From a virus, in IMG/VR virus record IMGVR_UViG_3300005518_000016, positions 7,077 to 71,076 of that record: a DNA stretch of 64,000 bases, one strand, 5' to 3'. The notes below the pieces were generated by a model. The model had not been told where the DNA came from. It made no database searches and saw only the letters and a program-made list of their open reading frames with translations. The number at the start of each line of letters is the position of its first letter. Position 1 is the stretch's first letter. Position numbers and translations under genes: made by a program. Positions 18,801-27,125 of the stretch are shown here, one piece after another.

Positions 18801-21800
18801 GTCAACCCCGGCCCGCCGCAGCGCCCGCTCGAAGGGAAGTACACCGACTTCACGCTGAGCCGCACACTCCAGAAGACCCTGATCGAATCCACTGACCCCA
18901 AGCTCCTCCACCTGATCCCGGGGAACACGGACACCAACCTCCGGCTCTACCGGCAGATTGCGGACTTGGCGTTCCAGGGAGTGAACACCAAGGAGCTGAA
19001 GCAGTATCTCAAGCTCTCGGACGAGGAGATCGCCCAGCACTTCCTTCGAGCCCCGGCCGAGGCGGCGCGCACCCTCCAGCAGCTCTCGGCCTTCCGGCAG
19101 ATCCACGCCAAGACTCTTGACCGTGCGGCCGAGGCGATCTCCTTTGGCGGCGCCCTCGAGGGCCTGATTGGCCGGGAAGGCCCACCGACCATCGTCGGCG
19201 CTCGTGGCCGGGTCATCGGGCGGGTGGGGCAGATCGAGGCCGAGCGCACCCTCGAATCCCTCGCCGAGGAGACCCGCAGCTTCGATCAGATCATGCTCGC
19301 CGACACGCTCCAGAAGCCGGCCAAGCAGTCCGAGATGAACCTGATCCAAGCGGCCTCCTACCCGTTCATGATCTCGCAGATCGCTACCGCCGAGCGCAAC
19401 GCCCTGACCCAAGCGGGTCGCTACGGCATGGATACCTTGGACGAGGCGCTGACGATCCCGCTGGCCAAACTCCATGAGGTGGCCACTGGCAACCGGGGCC
19501 CGCTGGAATCGGCCAAGGCCTCGACCCAGTATCGTCTTGCCGCCATCCGTCGACCCGGCGCCTACGTCACCCCGCGCCGCTCGTGGAAGGCCACGGTGCA
19601 GGACATCTACGACATCAGCGCCGACACCCTCTCGAAGATGTCCCCGGAGGACGCCCGGGCCACCCTGAAGATGCTCCTCGAGTTCCCGACCGACGCCGCG
19701 CACTTCCTCGGCTGGGCCTCCTCCGCTGGAGAGTTTGAAGGGGCCAAGGGGCCCTCCTCCTCCACGCTGGTGAATTGGGCGCTCAACCCCAAGGTGCAGC
19801 GGTGGCTCACCGTGTTCAACCGGGCCCAGGAGTTCACCGGCCGGGCGCTGGTCTTCGATGCCTCGATGCGGTCGCAGATCGCCACCAAGGGCCTCAACCC
19901 CTCGGAGGTGCTCCAGCTCCCGACCCCGGAGATCGCGCAGGCTGTGGGGGGCGTGTCGATCCTCGATGACATGGTCCACGCCGCGGTGGCCTCCTCGCTC
20001 GAAGCGACCTTCGCCGGCCGGGCGGCAGCCAATTCCATCCCCGGGGCACTGCTCCGTATGGTGAATCAGGCCGGCTTCCTGAAGCTCGGCTATCCCTTCC
20101 CGAAGTTCAACCTCTCGGCCGCCCCGCGCTACATCTGGGACCACGGCCCCTGGGCCCTGATGGACCTGGTCCGCTTCCCCCTCGATGCCGCCGGCCTCTC
20201 GCCCAGTGAGTTCTTCGTCCCCGGGGCCAAGGGGCGGCTCTACCGGGGGGTACGGGCCGAGAAGTACCGCCGCGTCGACATCCCCGAGGCAGTAGGCAAG
20301 CGGCAGCTGGCCGAGGTGCGCCTCAGTGCCTCGGTGCGCGAGCTGGCCTCGACCCGGCGGGAGCTGGCGGTGCGGAACCGGATGGTCGACCGGCTCCAGC
20401 GGAAGGCCCAAGCGGGTCTCCCGGACATCCAGACCACCTTGGACCAAGCGACCGAGCTCCGGGACCAGTTGGCCCGGCGGGTGGAGCGAGTCCGCGGTGA
20501 GGTCGACACCCACGAAGGCACCATCCGGGATCTCCGGGCGCAGGAGGAATCACTCCTCGATGACGTCTACGATGCCGAGGGAATCAGGGCACCCAACCTG
20601 CCTCAGTACTTCGCGCGGATCGCCACCGGGACTTTTGCCAATCTCGCGGCGGCCCTAGTGATCCGGAGTATGCCCGGGGCGCAGGGGACCAAGTGGTACC
20701 AGTACCAGATCGATGATCCGCGGACGATGGTCGATGGCAAACCCAGGGATCCGGTCACGCTCGACTTCCGGCCGTTCGCGCCCTACGCCCAGTATCTCTA
20801 CGTTGCCGACGTCATGCGGGACTTCGAGCAGCACACCGACTGGGACAAGGTGAAGGCGGATATGGCGGAGAACGCCGGCCCCGTGGAGTGGTCCCGCTCG
20901 ATGTGGCAGCACTACACCGGGAAGTACACCGGGCAGGAGCTCGGGGGCCAGTTCGCCGAGGCCTTCCTCTCGATGTCGCGGGCGGCGGGGACCACTCTGA
21001 CGATCCTCGATCTGCTGAAGGCCAACGGCTGGCCGTCCCCGGCAGAAGCGACGGATGCCGTCGTCGGGACCATCGGTCAATTTTTAAGTCGGTTCACGGT
21101 GCCGCTCCGCACCGCCAAGGATGTCCTCGGGCAGGTCCTGCCAGAGGAGGCCAAGGCTCGAATCGTCCCCCGGGCCACACTGGAGGAGAAGACACGCCCC
21201 CTCGCCGCTCCGCTGGCCAACGTCCCCTTCCTCTCGCGGGTAATCCCCGAGCGGATCTCCCAGACGACCGGGCAGCCTGTCGCCACGGAGTTCCCCTTCC
21301 TCCGAGCCATGGCGGGTATCGGTGCGACGCCTCGAGACTTCGTCACCGAGGAGGTGCAACGGATCGGGGTGAATCCGCAGTCCGTGTTCATCCGGGAGAC
21401 TGGGGACTATCCCTTAGATCGGCTGGTGGCGGAAAATTATTCGCGGATCCTCCAGCGCGAACTGCCCAAGATATTTGAAGCCCCTTTCTACACCGCACTG
21501 GGCACCCCGGCCGACCAGCGGGACTACCTCCAGCAGTGGATCTTCCCCAGCTTCAAGCGGTGGGCACTGGGTCAGGTACGGCAGCAGGTGGGGGAGCCGG
21601 AGTATCAGGGGGCCATGGTGCGGGGCGAGGCGGCTCGGAAGCAGCAGCGGCAGCGGGAGCTGATCGATCGGCTTACGGCTGAGTTGGGTCCGGCACCACC
21701 AACCGATACGGGGGGCGAGCCCGAGACGCCAGATCTGCCACCGGGGCCGCCACCGGGGCTGGGGCCGGCGGCCTTCGGACCTCCTCCTGCAGGACCATAG
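15834..21800 (+). CDS. Large internal virion/ejection protein (1988 aa)
   Basis: N-terminal YRRLNPGKFDEFTDAELI, Gly-rich hydrophobic segments, helical C-terminal half; last gene of the virion operon. Confidence 0.65.
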   Translation: MPGERFHPTAVAGSYRRLNPGKFDEFTDAELIDSIKRIDPQTYQLIDPQLLGAEILGDSRKTPPPPPTGDEVPKPLGIYHPPPSNLDVASQTALRLGGGAVGGFVGGLTTTPSIFGVPVGVTAGIASGLGAGEIAAQKYADYMGVGPPEIDWPSVGVQGALGLVPFGEVAGMGPVAATAVRAGQNALLGTAGTLAEDVTHGRRPTAGEVATAVATGAVFGGAMHGAGAVYGAARNAAPSFAPETFDLPAGAAPPPSAPELAQTAAAVRQLEAQEISKEFAKRGWSIPAAQRGTLAYGQEAKAYLETIAGLVEQEGVPPMMPEVGPVPAAPPPQKLLPPSPIIGYGPEGPPPSDFVVPGTPQRGVQAQPTIDRLGEQLESNLGTGPEGPPRLSTTRQIALTPPPERPPIATDRPLLEGGTPPERPQTQIQKPATPGQPYLPEATRPRPLDRTYAEGPNAGPRRENEPHGVPRPYKRKVYTPGSSKTRYEKPQDVTAEDPATYPPEVRREMARMVAELEEFQWQPGKYISMPSGTGNRHSGWSHYIAPNTWAPVSEDIYLHLPQRSPDRATFLPAIREALLEGKGSLISDVAAKIARERLAEEAAGTAMAHRTYKAALPPGAGDDIIGWIDEAGNRALPDQDLTPEQQEVREMSTDEIRAYLKIREEGLLPQDEWGQAFERALVNEATRKGLIRPEQQNLTMEGPGGAKGPTLFDFEGEEPPEKPKALGGSAADDALIAELNDEIRKTRDLEFVDPNEPANARLQRFAGETAPEQPALPGAEGVREQEIPTPEVAEAPFALTPEAAPPSKPVQESLFGAPPAKPRTPEVVSAEPELPIGERRPPSLFDRLMDEEGVLIIPKKLAGDRAGFKKWLADQEKDHGDESWFNQAEEAIAAGDHDRAWRIASAAGVRSFAKAAAAASTPQEEEALRRAVKGTALQADIQTQIVGQARRRSIPKAEQAPYVPDFPPSARVSQAGAARGRATIGPAGIVNPGPPQRPLEGKYTDFTLSRTLQKTLIESTDPKLLHLIPGNTDTNLRLYRQIADLAFQGVNTKELKQYLKLSDEEIAQHFLRAPAEAARTLQQLSAFRQIHAKTLDRAAEAISFGGALEGLIGREGPPTIVGARGRVIGRVGQIEAERTLESLAEETRSFDQIMLADTLQKPAKQSEMNLIQAASYPFMISQIATAERNALTQAGRYGMDTLDEALTIPLAKLHEVATGNRGPLESAKASTQYRLAAIRRPGAYVTPRRSWKATVQDIYDISADTLSKMSPEDARATLKMLLEFPTDAAHFLGWASSAGEFEGAKGPSSSTLVNWALNPKVQRWLTVFNRAQEFTGRALVFDASMRSQIATKGLNPSEVLQLPTPEIAQAVGGVSILDDMVHAAVASSLEATFAGRAAANSIPGALLRMVNQAGFLKLGYPFPKFNLSAAPRYIWDHGPWALMDLVRFPLDAAGLSPSEFFVPGAKGRLYRGVRAEKYRRVDIPEAVGKRQLAEVRLSASVRELASTRRELAVRNRMVDRLQRKAQAGLPDIQTTLDQATELRDQLARRVERVRGEVDTHEGTIRDLRAQEESLLDDVYDAEGIRAPNLPQYFARIATGTFANLAAALVIRSMPGAQGTKWYQYQIDDPRTMVDGKPRDPVTLDFRPFAPYAQYLYVADVMRDFEQHTDWDKVKADMAENAGPVEWSRSMWQHYTGKYTGQELGGQFAEAFLSMSRAAGTTLTILDLLKANGWPSPAEATDAVVGTIGQFLSRFTVPLRTAKDVLGQVLPEEAKARIVPRATLEEKTRPLAAPLANVPFLSRVIPERISQTTGQPVATEFPFLRAMAGIGATPRDFVTEEVQRIGVNPQSVFIRETGDYPLDRLVAENYSRILQRELPKIFEAPFYTALGTPADQRDYLQQWIFPSFKRWALGQVRQQVGEPEYQGAMVRGEAARKQQRQRELIDRLTAELGPAPPTDTGGEPETPDLPPGPPPGLGPAAFGPPPAGP

Positions 21801-21936
21801 GGCGGACGAGCCGATAGTAGGTGTCCGCCTCCCGGATCTCAAACCCATCCAGCAACCGGTACAGCTCGGCGAGGTAGGAGGGCTGGCGCTGCCCCTCGAC
21901 GTAGTAGAGGCGGTAGAGCTCGAGGGCCTTCGCCAC
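21673..21936 (-). CDS. Hypothetical protein (last gene of the leftward arm)
   Basis: GTG 21936 just after the SLOG gene stop; overlaps the 3' end of the giant gene. Confidence 0.35.
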   Translation of the reverse strand: MAKALELYRLYYVEGQRQPSYLAELYRLLDGFEIREADTYYRLVRPMVLQEEVRRPPAPAPVAAPVADLASRARPPYRLVVPDPTQP

Positions 21937-21940
21937 GGCG

Positions 21941-22417
21941 TCAGAAGGGGATGAGCGCTTCGCCAAGCAGCAGCTCCACAAACTCACCGATCCCCGGATT
22001 CATCTCCTCCCGGTTGCCGGCGACATTGAGGATCACCTCCCCCTTGGGCGTCCAGAGGAAATCCCGTGCCCGGTCGATCGGGTTGTAGCTCACAGGCTCC
22101 GGCCACGGGATCCAGAGCCACGGTCGCTTGGTGCCGTACATCGGCCCGCAGAGCCGCTGGGTGAGGTTGGTCCCTGCCGACGGCCTCCCCACGATCAGGG
22201 TCCGGTGGCTATCCCGGATGTTCCAGTGCGTCCGTGTCGGGTAGCCGGCGACCGGGCATTCCTGCAGGCCGTAGTCGGCGAGCCACGGGGCGGGGCCGGC
22301 CTCGGTCTTCCACCCCTTGGGCGCCCAGCCACCGGTGGGGGTGCCGTCAGCCTTGGCTGCACGGAGGGCGGCTTGGTCGGCACCAGTTTGCCCCCCGCTG
22401 ATAATTTTGGCGATCAT
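21941..22417 (-). CDS. SLOG-superfamily protein (putative molybdenum carrier family)
   Basis: KIISGGQTGADQAAL...GGWAPKG...RT.WNIRDS...ILNVAGNRE signature. Confidence 0.8.
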   Translation of the reverse strand: MIAKIISGGQTGADQAALRAAKADGTPTGGWAPKGWKTEAGPAPWLADYGLQECPVAGYPTRTHWNIRDSHRTLIVGRPSAGTNLTQRLCGPMYGTKRPWLWIPWPEPVSYNPIDRARDFLWTPKGEVILNVAGNREEMNPGIGEFVELLLGEALIPF

Positions 22418-22638
22418 CCGCCGTGGTCCATCGTGACGACGAGATCCCCAAGCCGCTGCACGATGTCCTTGGGAGCCCCGATCACCACAATCGGGTTGCT
22501 AATCGGCAGGACAACGAGGCGGGTCTTGTCAGGGGTGACCTTCCCCTCCTGCGTCGCCTCCTCGATGAGGGCCACGGTCGCCGGGTTGACCCAGCAGACG
22601 CGACCGCCGACCTTGGTCAGTTCAACAAATCTGGTCAC
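22414..22638 (-). CDS. Hypothetical protein
   Basis: FVELT...WVNPATVALIE small beta protein; coupled to neighbours. Confidence 0.5.
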   Translation of the reverse strand: MTRFVELTKVGGRVCWVNPATVALIEEATQEGKVTPDKTRLVVLPISNPIVVIGAPKDIVQRLGDLVVTMDHGG

Positions 22639-22792
22639 GGGGGTCCTCAAATGGCAGTAGTAGTTGTACCGGACACGTTGGACAGAAGGCCGCCTGCTCA
22701 CCGGTCGCCCACAGGAACGCACAGCCGCAGGGGTACTGGAGGATCCACTCCAGAGCCAGCCAGTCCGTGACGCGGTGACTCACCTTGATCAT
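22622..22792 (-). CDS. Small Cys-rich hypothetical protein
   Basis: 56 aa with CGC...CPTC; ATGA overlap with the polymerase stop. Confidence 0.45.
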   Translation of the reverse strand: MIKVSHRVTDWLALEWILQYPCGCAFLWATGEQAAFCPTCPVQLLLPFEDPRDQIC

Positions 22793-25700
22793 GCCACCGT
22801 CCCCATTTCCTCGAAGTCCTCTTGGTCGATCTCCTCGACCGGCCAACTCTCACCCTCCGTCCCCACCTCCGCAAACAGCGGCAGCGCCAGCCCCTCGGTG
22901 TCCTTCCAGTTCTTCCCCACCTTGGCATCGGCACCGATGGCCAGGTACTCTCCCATCCCCCACTCTGCCGGCAATGGCTGCTCCAGAATCGGCCGCTGCA
23001 TCTCCCGGGCGACCGCCTCGACCACCCGGTCCCACATTCTATCTGGCACCTCCAGCAGCAGGGAGTCATGGATGGGGGCCCGCAGCGGAGTCCTGCCGAA
23101 GTAGCAGTCCCCGATATAGGAGGGGTGATCCGGGTGGGCAAAGAGCATCCGCATGGCCCGCTTGAGCACCCCCGCCGCGATGGATTGAGGTCCCCACGCG
23201 ATCACCCGCTTGGCGTCCTCGCCACGGTCGACGGCGAACCACCGGCCCCCGATCTCCACCGACACCCGCCGCCGCTTCTCCCGCCACTGCCGCTGCTTCT
23301 CACTGATGGGTTTGTAGGCCAGCACCGACCAGAACCAGTGTCGATATTGGAAGGGGTGGTTGAACGGGGTGGTGTCCAGAAACTCCCCTCGACCATTCCG
23401 CTTGTAGCAGTCGACCGTCGGGGCCATCATCGCCGGCCCGGGTCCCCCTAAATATCCTGCGTCGTAGGCCCGCTGCTGGACCGCGTAGTGGAAGGTGGGG
23501 AGGTTGGGGAAGAGGCTGTAGATCAGGTCCACGATCTTCTGGGCGTCGGCCTGATCCTTGTAAATATCCGGGAAGGTCTCGGCCATCCCGAAGGCGGTGA
23601 GGCCGTAGTTGATCCCGTTGTTGGCCCGCTTGGTCTTGTCGTAAATCAGGACATTCTGGGGGTCGTGCTTGACCTCCCGGAGGTACGCCCCGAGGTCTTC
23701 ATCGCTCCATCTGAGGTCGGCGGGGCGCTTGAGCAGATGACTCGTGATGTATGCGTGAGCCCCCAGTCGCGCGAGGCGGAGATAGTGAGGGTCACGAATG
23801 AGCCAGCCGACCTCAGTCGGCTCGGCACTCGCAAAATCCACTTCCAGAAGACGGCATCCGGGACCGGCCACCACGCACCGTCGGAATCCCGCAGCCAGAC
23901 TCTGCTTCCCCGTCTTGTCGGCGACGATGTTGGTGATGTTGGGTGCGACATAGCTCAACCTCCCCATGGATGGGCGGAAGGTGACGATCGGGTGGATGCG
24001 CGGTTCCCGCCCGGCCTCCACTTCCTGTGCCACCTTCCGGATGGTGGGCACGGCATAGGTACTATCCACCTTTTTCACCGCCCGGTAATCGAGGAGAGAC
24101 TTGTAGAAGGGATCTCTGGTGGTCTTCCAGAGCCGGAGCAGGGTATCTCGATTGGCGGAGTCCTTGTGGGTGTGCTTATCTTTACCGGGCTTGTGGCCCC
24201 GGTATTTCAGGTAGGCCAAGACTTGGGGCGCTGAGTCCGGGTTGAAGGGTTCCTGCCAGAACCATCTGGGGATCTCCACCTCCCGGATCTCCAGCCTCGC
24301 TTCGACCCCCTTCAGCGGCTTGCCATCGGGTCCCTTGCACCGGTGCTTGGTGTGGACCTCCATCTGTCCACAGGCCGAGCAGCAGCTGATGATCCGCTTC
24401 ACCACCCTTTCCACACGCGTCGCCGACAGGGCGAAGAGGTCCTGCTTCAGCGGATCTGGCTGTGCCGCAAGGGGCTCCCCGGTACGAAGGTTGGTTGTCC
24501 TCGCCGCAGGATGAAGCACGCCGGCTTGCGGAGGGCGACTGGTCTCTCCGGTGAGCGGGCGGAGCTCGTCGGGGACATGTGCCTGGAGCTCATGGAGGAG
24601 CCGGCGCTGCTTCACCGCCAGATCCTCGTGGAACCTATCTAACTCCGGCCGATCGATCAGGATCCCGACATCCTGCGCCGGCTTGAGGACGTTATGGTAG
24701 AGCTGGTGGCAGTCCTCGAGGAAGGCCCGCCACTGCCCCTGCTGGATCAGGTCGCCGATGATGCCGTAGCCACAGCGTTGAGTCTGGGGGCCGTCGATGC
24801 AGGCGTACTTGGCCGGGTCGGTCTCGGAGAGGTGCTTCCATGCCCCGTAGCGGCTGTAGAAGGGGGCCCAGAAGCCAAGCCCCAAGGGGACATCCGATTG
24901 GAGGATGTGCGCCGCCACCATGAGATCGATCTGCCAGCCCCAGGCCGGCTGCGCCCCGCGGGCGGCAATCCTCGCCCAGTCGTAGCCGTAGCCGTTCCAC
25001 CAGTAGTGCCAACAGGCGAGCGCCAACAGTTGTTGAATGTAGGGCCAGTACGCCGGGTCGTCCGGCACGGTGATCCCTTGATCGGGGTGGCAGCTGAAGT
25101 TCCACCGGAGGATCTGGTAGCTCTGGTCGTCCGGGGTCAGCTCATTCTCCGGCTTGCCGCCGGCCTTGTCCGGGGTCTCGACGTCGCAACTGAGGGCGAC
25201 CCCGTCCGGGTCCTGGGTGGCCGCGGCGACGACCTGCGCGGTCCACGCGGCAAACCAGTCTGTTGGGGGGTCAATAACCAGGTCGATCGGCTCAGGTCGC
25301 CACTGTCCCCGTGCCAGCTCCAAGGCCACCTGGAGGTCGAAGCTGACGGTCCCAATGAGATTGGTGGCCCCCCGCTGTAGGAAAGAGGGATGGAACGTCG
25401 GGACGATCCAATGGTGATCACCAGGGTCACGGTGCACGGTGCCATGGAATTCCTCGACCCGGATGCGCGAGTGGCCATGGAGGTGGAGGAGGGTTTTGAT
25501 TGGGGTGGCGCCCATCGCCAGGATCACCTGGTGGCCCTCGGCCAGCAGGGGGTCCCGGTGCACGGCGCAGTGGTCGATGGCCGAGAATTCGTAGGGGGCG
25601 TTGTGCAGCTCGAGGCCAGGGGGGCAGCATTGGAGGATATTCCCCACCCTAAATTGTTGCCGGGTGAGCCCGTTGCGCCGGAGGATGCGCTCGAGCATGG

Positions 25701-25887
25701 AGCCGGCGGCGCCGACGAAGGGGCGGCCGATCTCAACCTCGGAGTAGCCTGGGGCCTCGCCGACCATGGCGAGGGGGGCGTTGGCAGGGCCGTCGGGGGG
25801 GACGAAGCCATGACCCCTCTCGTAGAGGCTGCAATTTTTACACGCCGCAGGTTTGCGGTTGAGGGGGGCCTTGGGCTGACTAGGCAC
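22789..25887 (-). CDS. polA: Family A DNA polymerase with N-terminal family-4 uracil-DNA glycosylase domain and 3'-5' exonuclease
   Basis: UDG: CKNC, VGEAPG..E...GRPFVG.AG, NILQCCPP, TFHPSFL. Exo: CDVET. Pol: GRLS..PNITNI, motif A VDFASAE, motif B TKRANNGINYG, motif C IHDSLLLE. Confidence 0.9.
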   Translation of the reverse strand: MPSQPKAPLNRKPAACKNCSLYERGHGFVPPDGPANAPLAMVGEAPGYSEVEIGRPFVGAAGSMLERILRRNGLTRQQFRVGNILQCCPPGLELHNAPYEFSAIDHCAVHRDPLLAEGHQVILAMGATPIKTLLHLHGHSRIRVEEFHGTVHRDPGDHHWIVPTFHPSFLQRGATNLIGTVSFDLQVALELARGQWRPEPIDLVIDPPTDWFAAWTAQVVAAATQDPDGVALSCDVETPDKAGGKPENELTPDDQSYQILRWNFSCHPDQGITVPDDPAYWPYIQQLLALACWHYWWNGYGYDWARIAARGAQPAWGWQIDLMVAAHILQSDVPLGLGFWAPFYSRYGAWKHLSETDPAKYACIDGPQTQRCGYGIIGDLIQQGQWRAFLEDCHQLYHNVLKPAQDVGILIDRPELDRFHEDLAVKQRRLLHELQAHVPDELRPLTGETSRPPQAGVLHPAARTTNLRTGEPLAAQPDPLKQDLFALSATRVERVVKRIISCCSACGQMEVHTKHRCKGPDGKPLKGVEARLEIREVEIPRWFWQEPFNPDSAPQVLAYLKYRGHKPGKDKHTHKDSANRDTLLRLWKTTRDPFYKSLLDYRAVKKVDSTYAVPTIRKVAQEVEAGREPRIHPIVTFRPSMGRLSYVAPNITNIVADKTGKQSLAAGFRRCVVAGPGCRLLEVDFASAEPTEVGWLIRDPHYLRLARLGAHAYITSHLLKRPADLRWSDEDLGAYLREVKHDPQNVLIYDKTKRANNGINYGLTAFGMAETFPDIYKDQADAQKIVDLIYSLFPNLPTFHYAVQQRAYDAGYLGGPGPAMMAPTVDCYKRNGRGEFLDTTPFNHPFQYRHWFWSVLAYKPISEKQRQWREKRRRVSVEIGGRWFAVDRGEDAKRVIAWGPQSIAAGVLKRAMRMLFAHPDHPSYIGDCYFGRTPLRAPIHDSLLLEVPDRMWDRVVEAVAREMQRPILEQPLPAEWGMGEYLAIGADAKVGKNWKDTEGLALPLFAEVGTEGESWPVEEIDQEDFEEMGTVA

Positions 25888-26103
25888 GACGTCCCTCTGC
25901 GGGATCAGCCACCGTGAGCCGACTGACTGCGAGGACACGCACCTGCGGCCACCAGCCACTCGGGAGGCGTACGCGGGCCCAGCGTCCCTCTGGGGCTACC
26001 GCTTCGACGGTGACCCAGATCCGTCGGGCCAGCTCGCCGGGCTTCCGGTCCCAGAACGTCGCGGTCGCGCCGACGGTGAGGGGGGCCTTGGGCTGACTCG
26101 GCA
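25860..26103. repeat. 27-bp direct repeat (1 mismatch) at 25860-25886 and 26077-26103
   Basis: TGAGGGGGGCCTTGGGCTGACT(A/C)GGCA; both copies encode the start xPSQPKAPL of adjacent - strand ORFs. Confidence 0.9.
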
Positions 26104-26104
26104 T
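25880..26104 (-). CDS. Small hypothetical protein sharing its first codons with polA
   Basis: 74 aa MPSQPKAPLTVG...; TGATG coupling to the upstream gene. Confidence 0.55.
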   Translation of the reverse strand: MPSQPKAPLTVGATATFWDRKPGELARRIWVTVEAVAPEGRWARVRLPSGWWPQVRVLAVSRLTVADPAEGRRA

Positions 26105-26361
26105 CAGCGCTCCGGATCCAGCATGTCGTACACCGCGGTATCCGGCTCCCGTCCTTCCTTGGCTGCGATGAACCGGACACACGCGCGGGCCGCCTCGGCG
26201 TAGGCGTGGGAGATCGCCCAGTCGTCACACTGCCCCGGGCGGTAGGTCGCCCAGATCCGATCCCGGAGGGACTTGGGGAGGGAGAACCAGTGCGGCCGGC
26301 ACATGAACATCTCCGGGGGGACGGGGCGATCACAGCCGGTAGCGTGGCAGGTATGGGGCAT
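26104..26361 (-). CDS. Hypothetical Cys/His protein
   Basis: HTCHATGC...MCRPHWFSLP pattern common in phages. Confidence 0.65.
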   Translation of the reverse strand: MPHTCHATGCDRPVPPEMFMCRPHWFSLPKSLRDRIWATYRPGQCDDWAISHAYAEAARACVRFIAAKEGREPDTAVYDMLDPER

Positions 26362-26624
26362 CAGGCCAGCCCGGTGATCGGGGGCTCCTCCTGTCGCGTG
26401 ATGGCGAGATACTCCTCCAGAAACCCCGGTCGCTGCTCCACCACCTGCAGGGCGTCTAAACACCCTTGGAGATAGCAACTGAGGATCAGGCTCTTGAGCA
26501 TGTTGGGCTCGTAGGTGCAGGCCCGGAGAAGGTCGGCACAGCGGTGCTCGACCATGTTGGCGAAGGCCGACGGGACCTCCTCACGCACGGTCGGCGGCTG
26601 CCGCTTGCGAGGGCGAGGCATCAT
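26361..26624 (-). CDS. Hypothetical protein
   Basis: Coupled ORF. Confidence 0.5.
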   Translation of the reverse strand: MMPRPRKRQPPTVREEVPSAFANMVEHRCADLLRACTYEPNMLKSLILSCYLQGCLDALQVVEQRPGFLEEYLAITRQEEPPITGLA

Positions 26625-26944
26625 CGGGAGGGCTCCCACCCCTCATACCGCCGCCCCGTCCGCTTCTCGTGCCGCTCCCAGCCCCGCCGCTGCTCCTCGT
26701 GCCGCTCGCCCCCAGCTCGAATGTTGTCAATGGCCTCGCGCTGGGCCTCGCTCACCTGCTGCCGCAGCCGCACCGTATCCCGGATCCCCTCCAAGGTGTC
26801 AGCGGCGAAGCTGAAGGCGGGATCCTCCAGCAGCTCCTCGATCTCGGCGATGAAGAATTCCACCGCTCGGCCTTGGACCTCCATCGCCTGCCCGGTCGGC
26901 ACCGGCTCACTTCCCAGATTCAGATCGGTCAGGCGTTTGGCCAT
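26621..26944 (-). CDS. Hypothetical protein
   Basis: 107 aa, AGGAG RBS. Confidence 0.55.
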   Translation of the reverse strand: MAKRLTDLNLGSEPVPTGQAMEVQGRAVEFFIAEIEELLEDPAFSFAADTLEGIRDTVRLRQQVSEAQREAIDNIRAGGERHEEQRRGWERHEKRTGRRYEGWEPSR

Positions 26945-27125
26945 ACGGTTTCCGCTCCTTCCTGTGGCTGAGCCACGAGTCCATCGATTCCAGGGTGATC
27001 CGCTTGCTCGCCCCCGCCCGGGTGGTCTGCAGGGTACCATCGGCGATCCGGTTGTAGATGGTCCGGACGGAGACCCGGGCGAGGGTGGCGGCCTGCTTAA
27101 GTGTGAGCGAGGGCGGGTTGGCCAT
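26907..27125 (-). CDS. Excisionase-family (HTH_17-like) DNA-binding protein
   Basis: LTLKQAATLARVSVRTIYNRIADGTL...RIT pattern. Confidence 0.8.
   Translation of the reverse strand: MANPPSLTLKQAATLARVSVRTIYNRIADGTLQTTRAGASKRITLESMDSWLSHRKERKPYGQTPDRSESGK

Noticed and set aside
17625-20513. 962-aa antisense ORF (and other long antisense ORFs, e.g. 6551-8080, 44988-46484, 62889-63926)
   Set aside because: Shadow ORFs opposite real genes, expected from high-GC codon bias; no protein motifs.
26907-27125. Integration/lysogeny module
   Set aside because: Only an excisionase-like HTH gene; no integrase, repressor or att site seen in the window.
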